Shown here: one piece after another, positions 63,610 through 64,000 of the stretch | Layout of the letters: each line of letters opens with the position of its first letter | Numbering within the stretch: position 1 is the stretch's first letter | From: Octopus sinensis | Taxonomy: Eukaryota | DNA length: 64,000 nucleotides | Reading direction: 5' to 3' | Assembly: GCF_006345805.1 (NCBI RefSeq) | Contig: NC_042997.1 | Coordinates: 119,784,001 to 119,848,000 of the forward strand | Program-made: the position numbers and the translations under genes | The notes under the pieces: model-generated | Database searches by the model: none | The model's input: only the letters and a program-made list of their open reading frames with translations | What the model was told of the DNA's origin: nothing

Positions 63610-63768
63610 ATACTAAGCAATAAGGGTTTAGCAACGAGTTGCCTTACCACATACCGAATTTAGAAATCCCCCCTTTTTTGTAGAAGAATAGCTATAATAA
63701 CCTTTGACTGCTATTTCTAAATTCGGTATGTGGTAAGGCAACTCGTTGCTAACCTTATTGCTTAGTAT
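63610..63768. repeat. Foldback/MITE with ~56-bp inverted arms
   Basis: 63610-63667 vs 63713-63768, identical except a 2-nt indel. Confidence 0.9.
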
Positions 63769-63800
63769 ATATATATATATAATATATATATTATATATTC

Positions 63801-63847
63801 AGGCCTGCTGATGAATACGTAAGTATGAATCACTGTGATACAGGTCT
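63801..63847 (+). ncRNA. Type I hammerhead motif lacking one A of GAAA
   Basis: AGGCCTG-CTGATGA-ATAC gtaa GTAT-GAA-TCA ctg TGA-TA-CAGGTCT; 7-bp stem I, 4-bp stem II with GNRA loop. Confidence 0.65.
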
Positions 63848-64000
63848 ATATTTTTTAAATGTCTTACTTTGAAAAATTGCATTCGGTGGATTAGTAATAT
63901 TTTTTTGTAGAAATGACTAATTGTCCCTCTAGCGTGTGGCATGTATGTATAATGCTCTCTGGCATGTATGTATAATGCCCTCTATATATAAATTAATATG

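Overview
AT-rich, microsatellite-dense eukaryotic DNA, almost entirely transposable elements. The SINE families and repeat landscape suggest a cephalopod, probably Octopus (inference, not checked). No confident host gene, rRNA, true tRNA or CRISPR array; three weak minus-strand exon candidates are noted. Elements present: a young, nearly intact CR1-clade LINE (7888-10675); a full-length decayed Tx1/L1-clade LINE inserted in (GATA)n (51977-57861); R4/Dong-type RLE-LINE remnants; a 5'-inverted RTE; four coding Penelope-like (PLE) remnants; mariner, maT and Sola-like DNA transposons; a non-autonomous Helitron; about 17 tRNA-derived SINEs; several foldbacks. The main signal outside the ORF track is about 16 hammerhead-ribozyme (HHR) motifs, intact or decayed, in several non-autonomous architectures. 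These include a ~473-nt non-coding HHR unit found as two circularly permuted copies (retrozyme-like), a foldback with an HHR on each strand, a tRNA-headed SINE with an HHR relic and PLE-style inverted termini, and minimal HHR families with non-canonical cores (CUGUNGA, CCGANGA). All alignments and folds were done by eye; element boundaries are approximate and ribozyme activity is untested.
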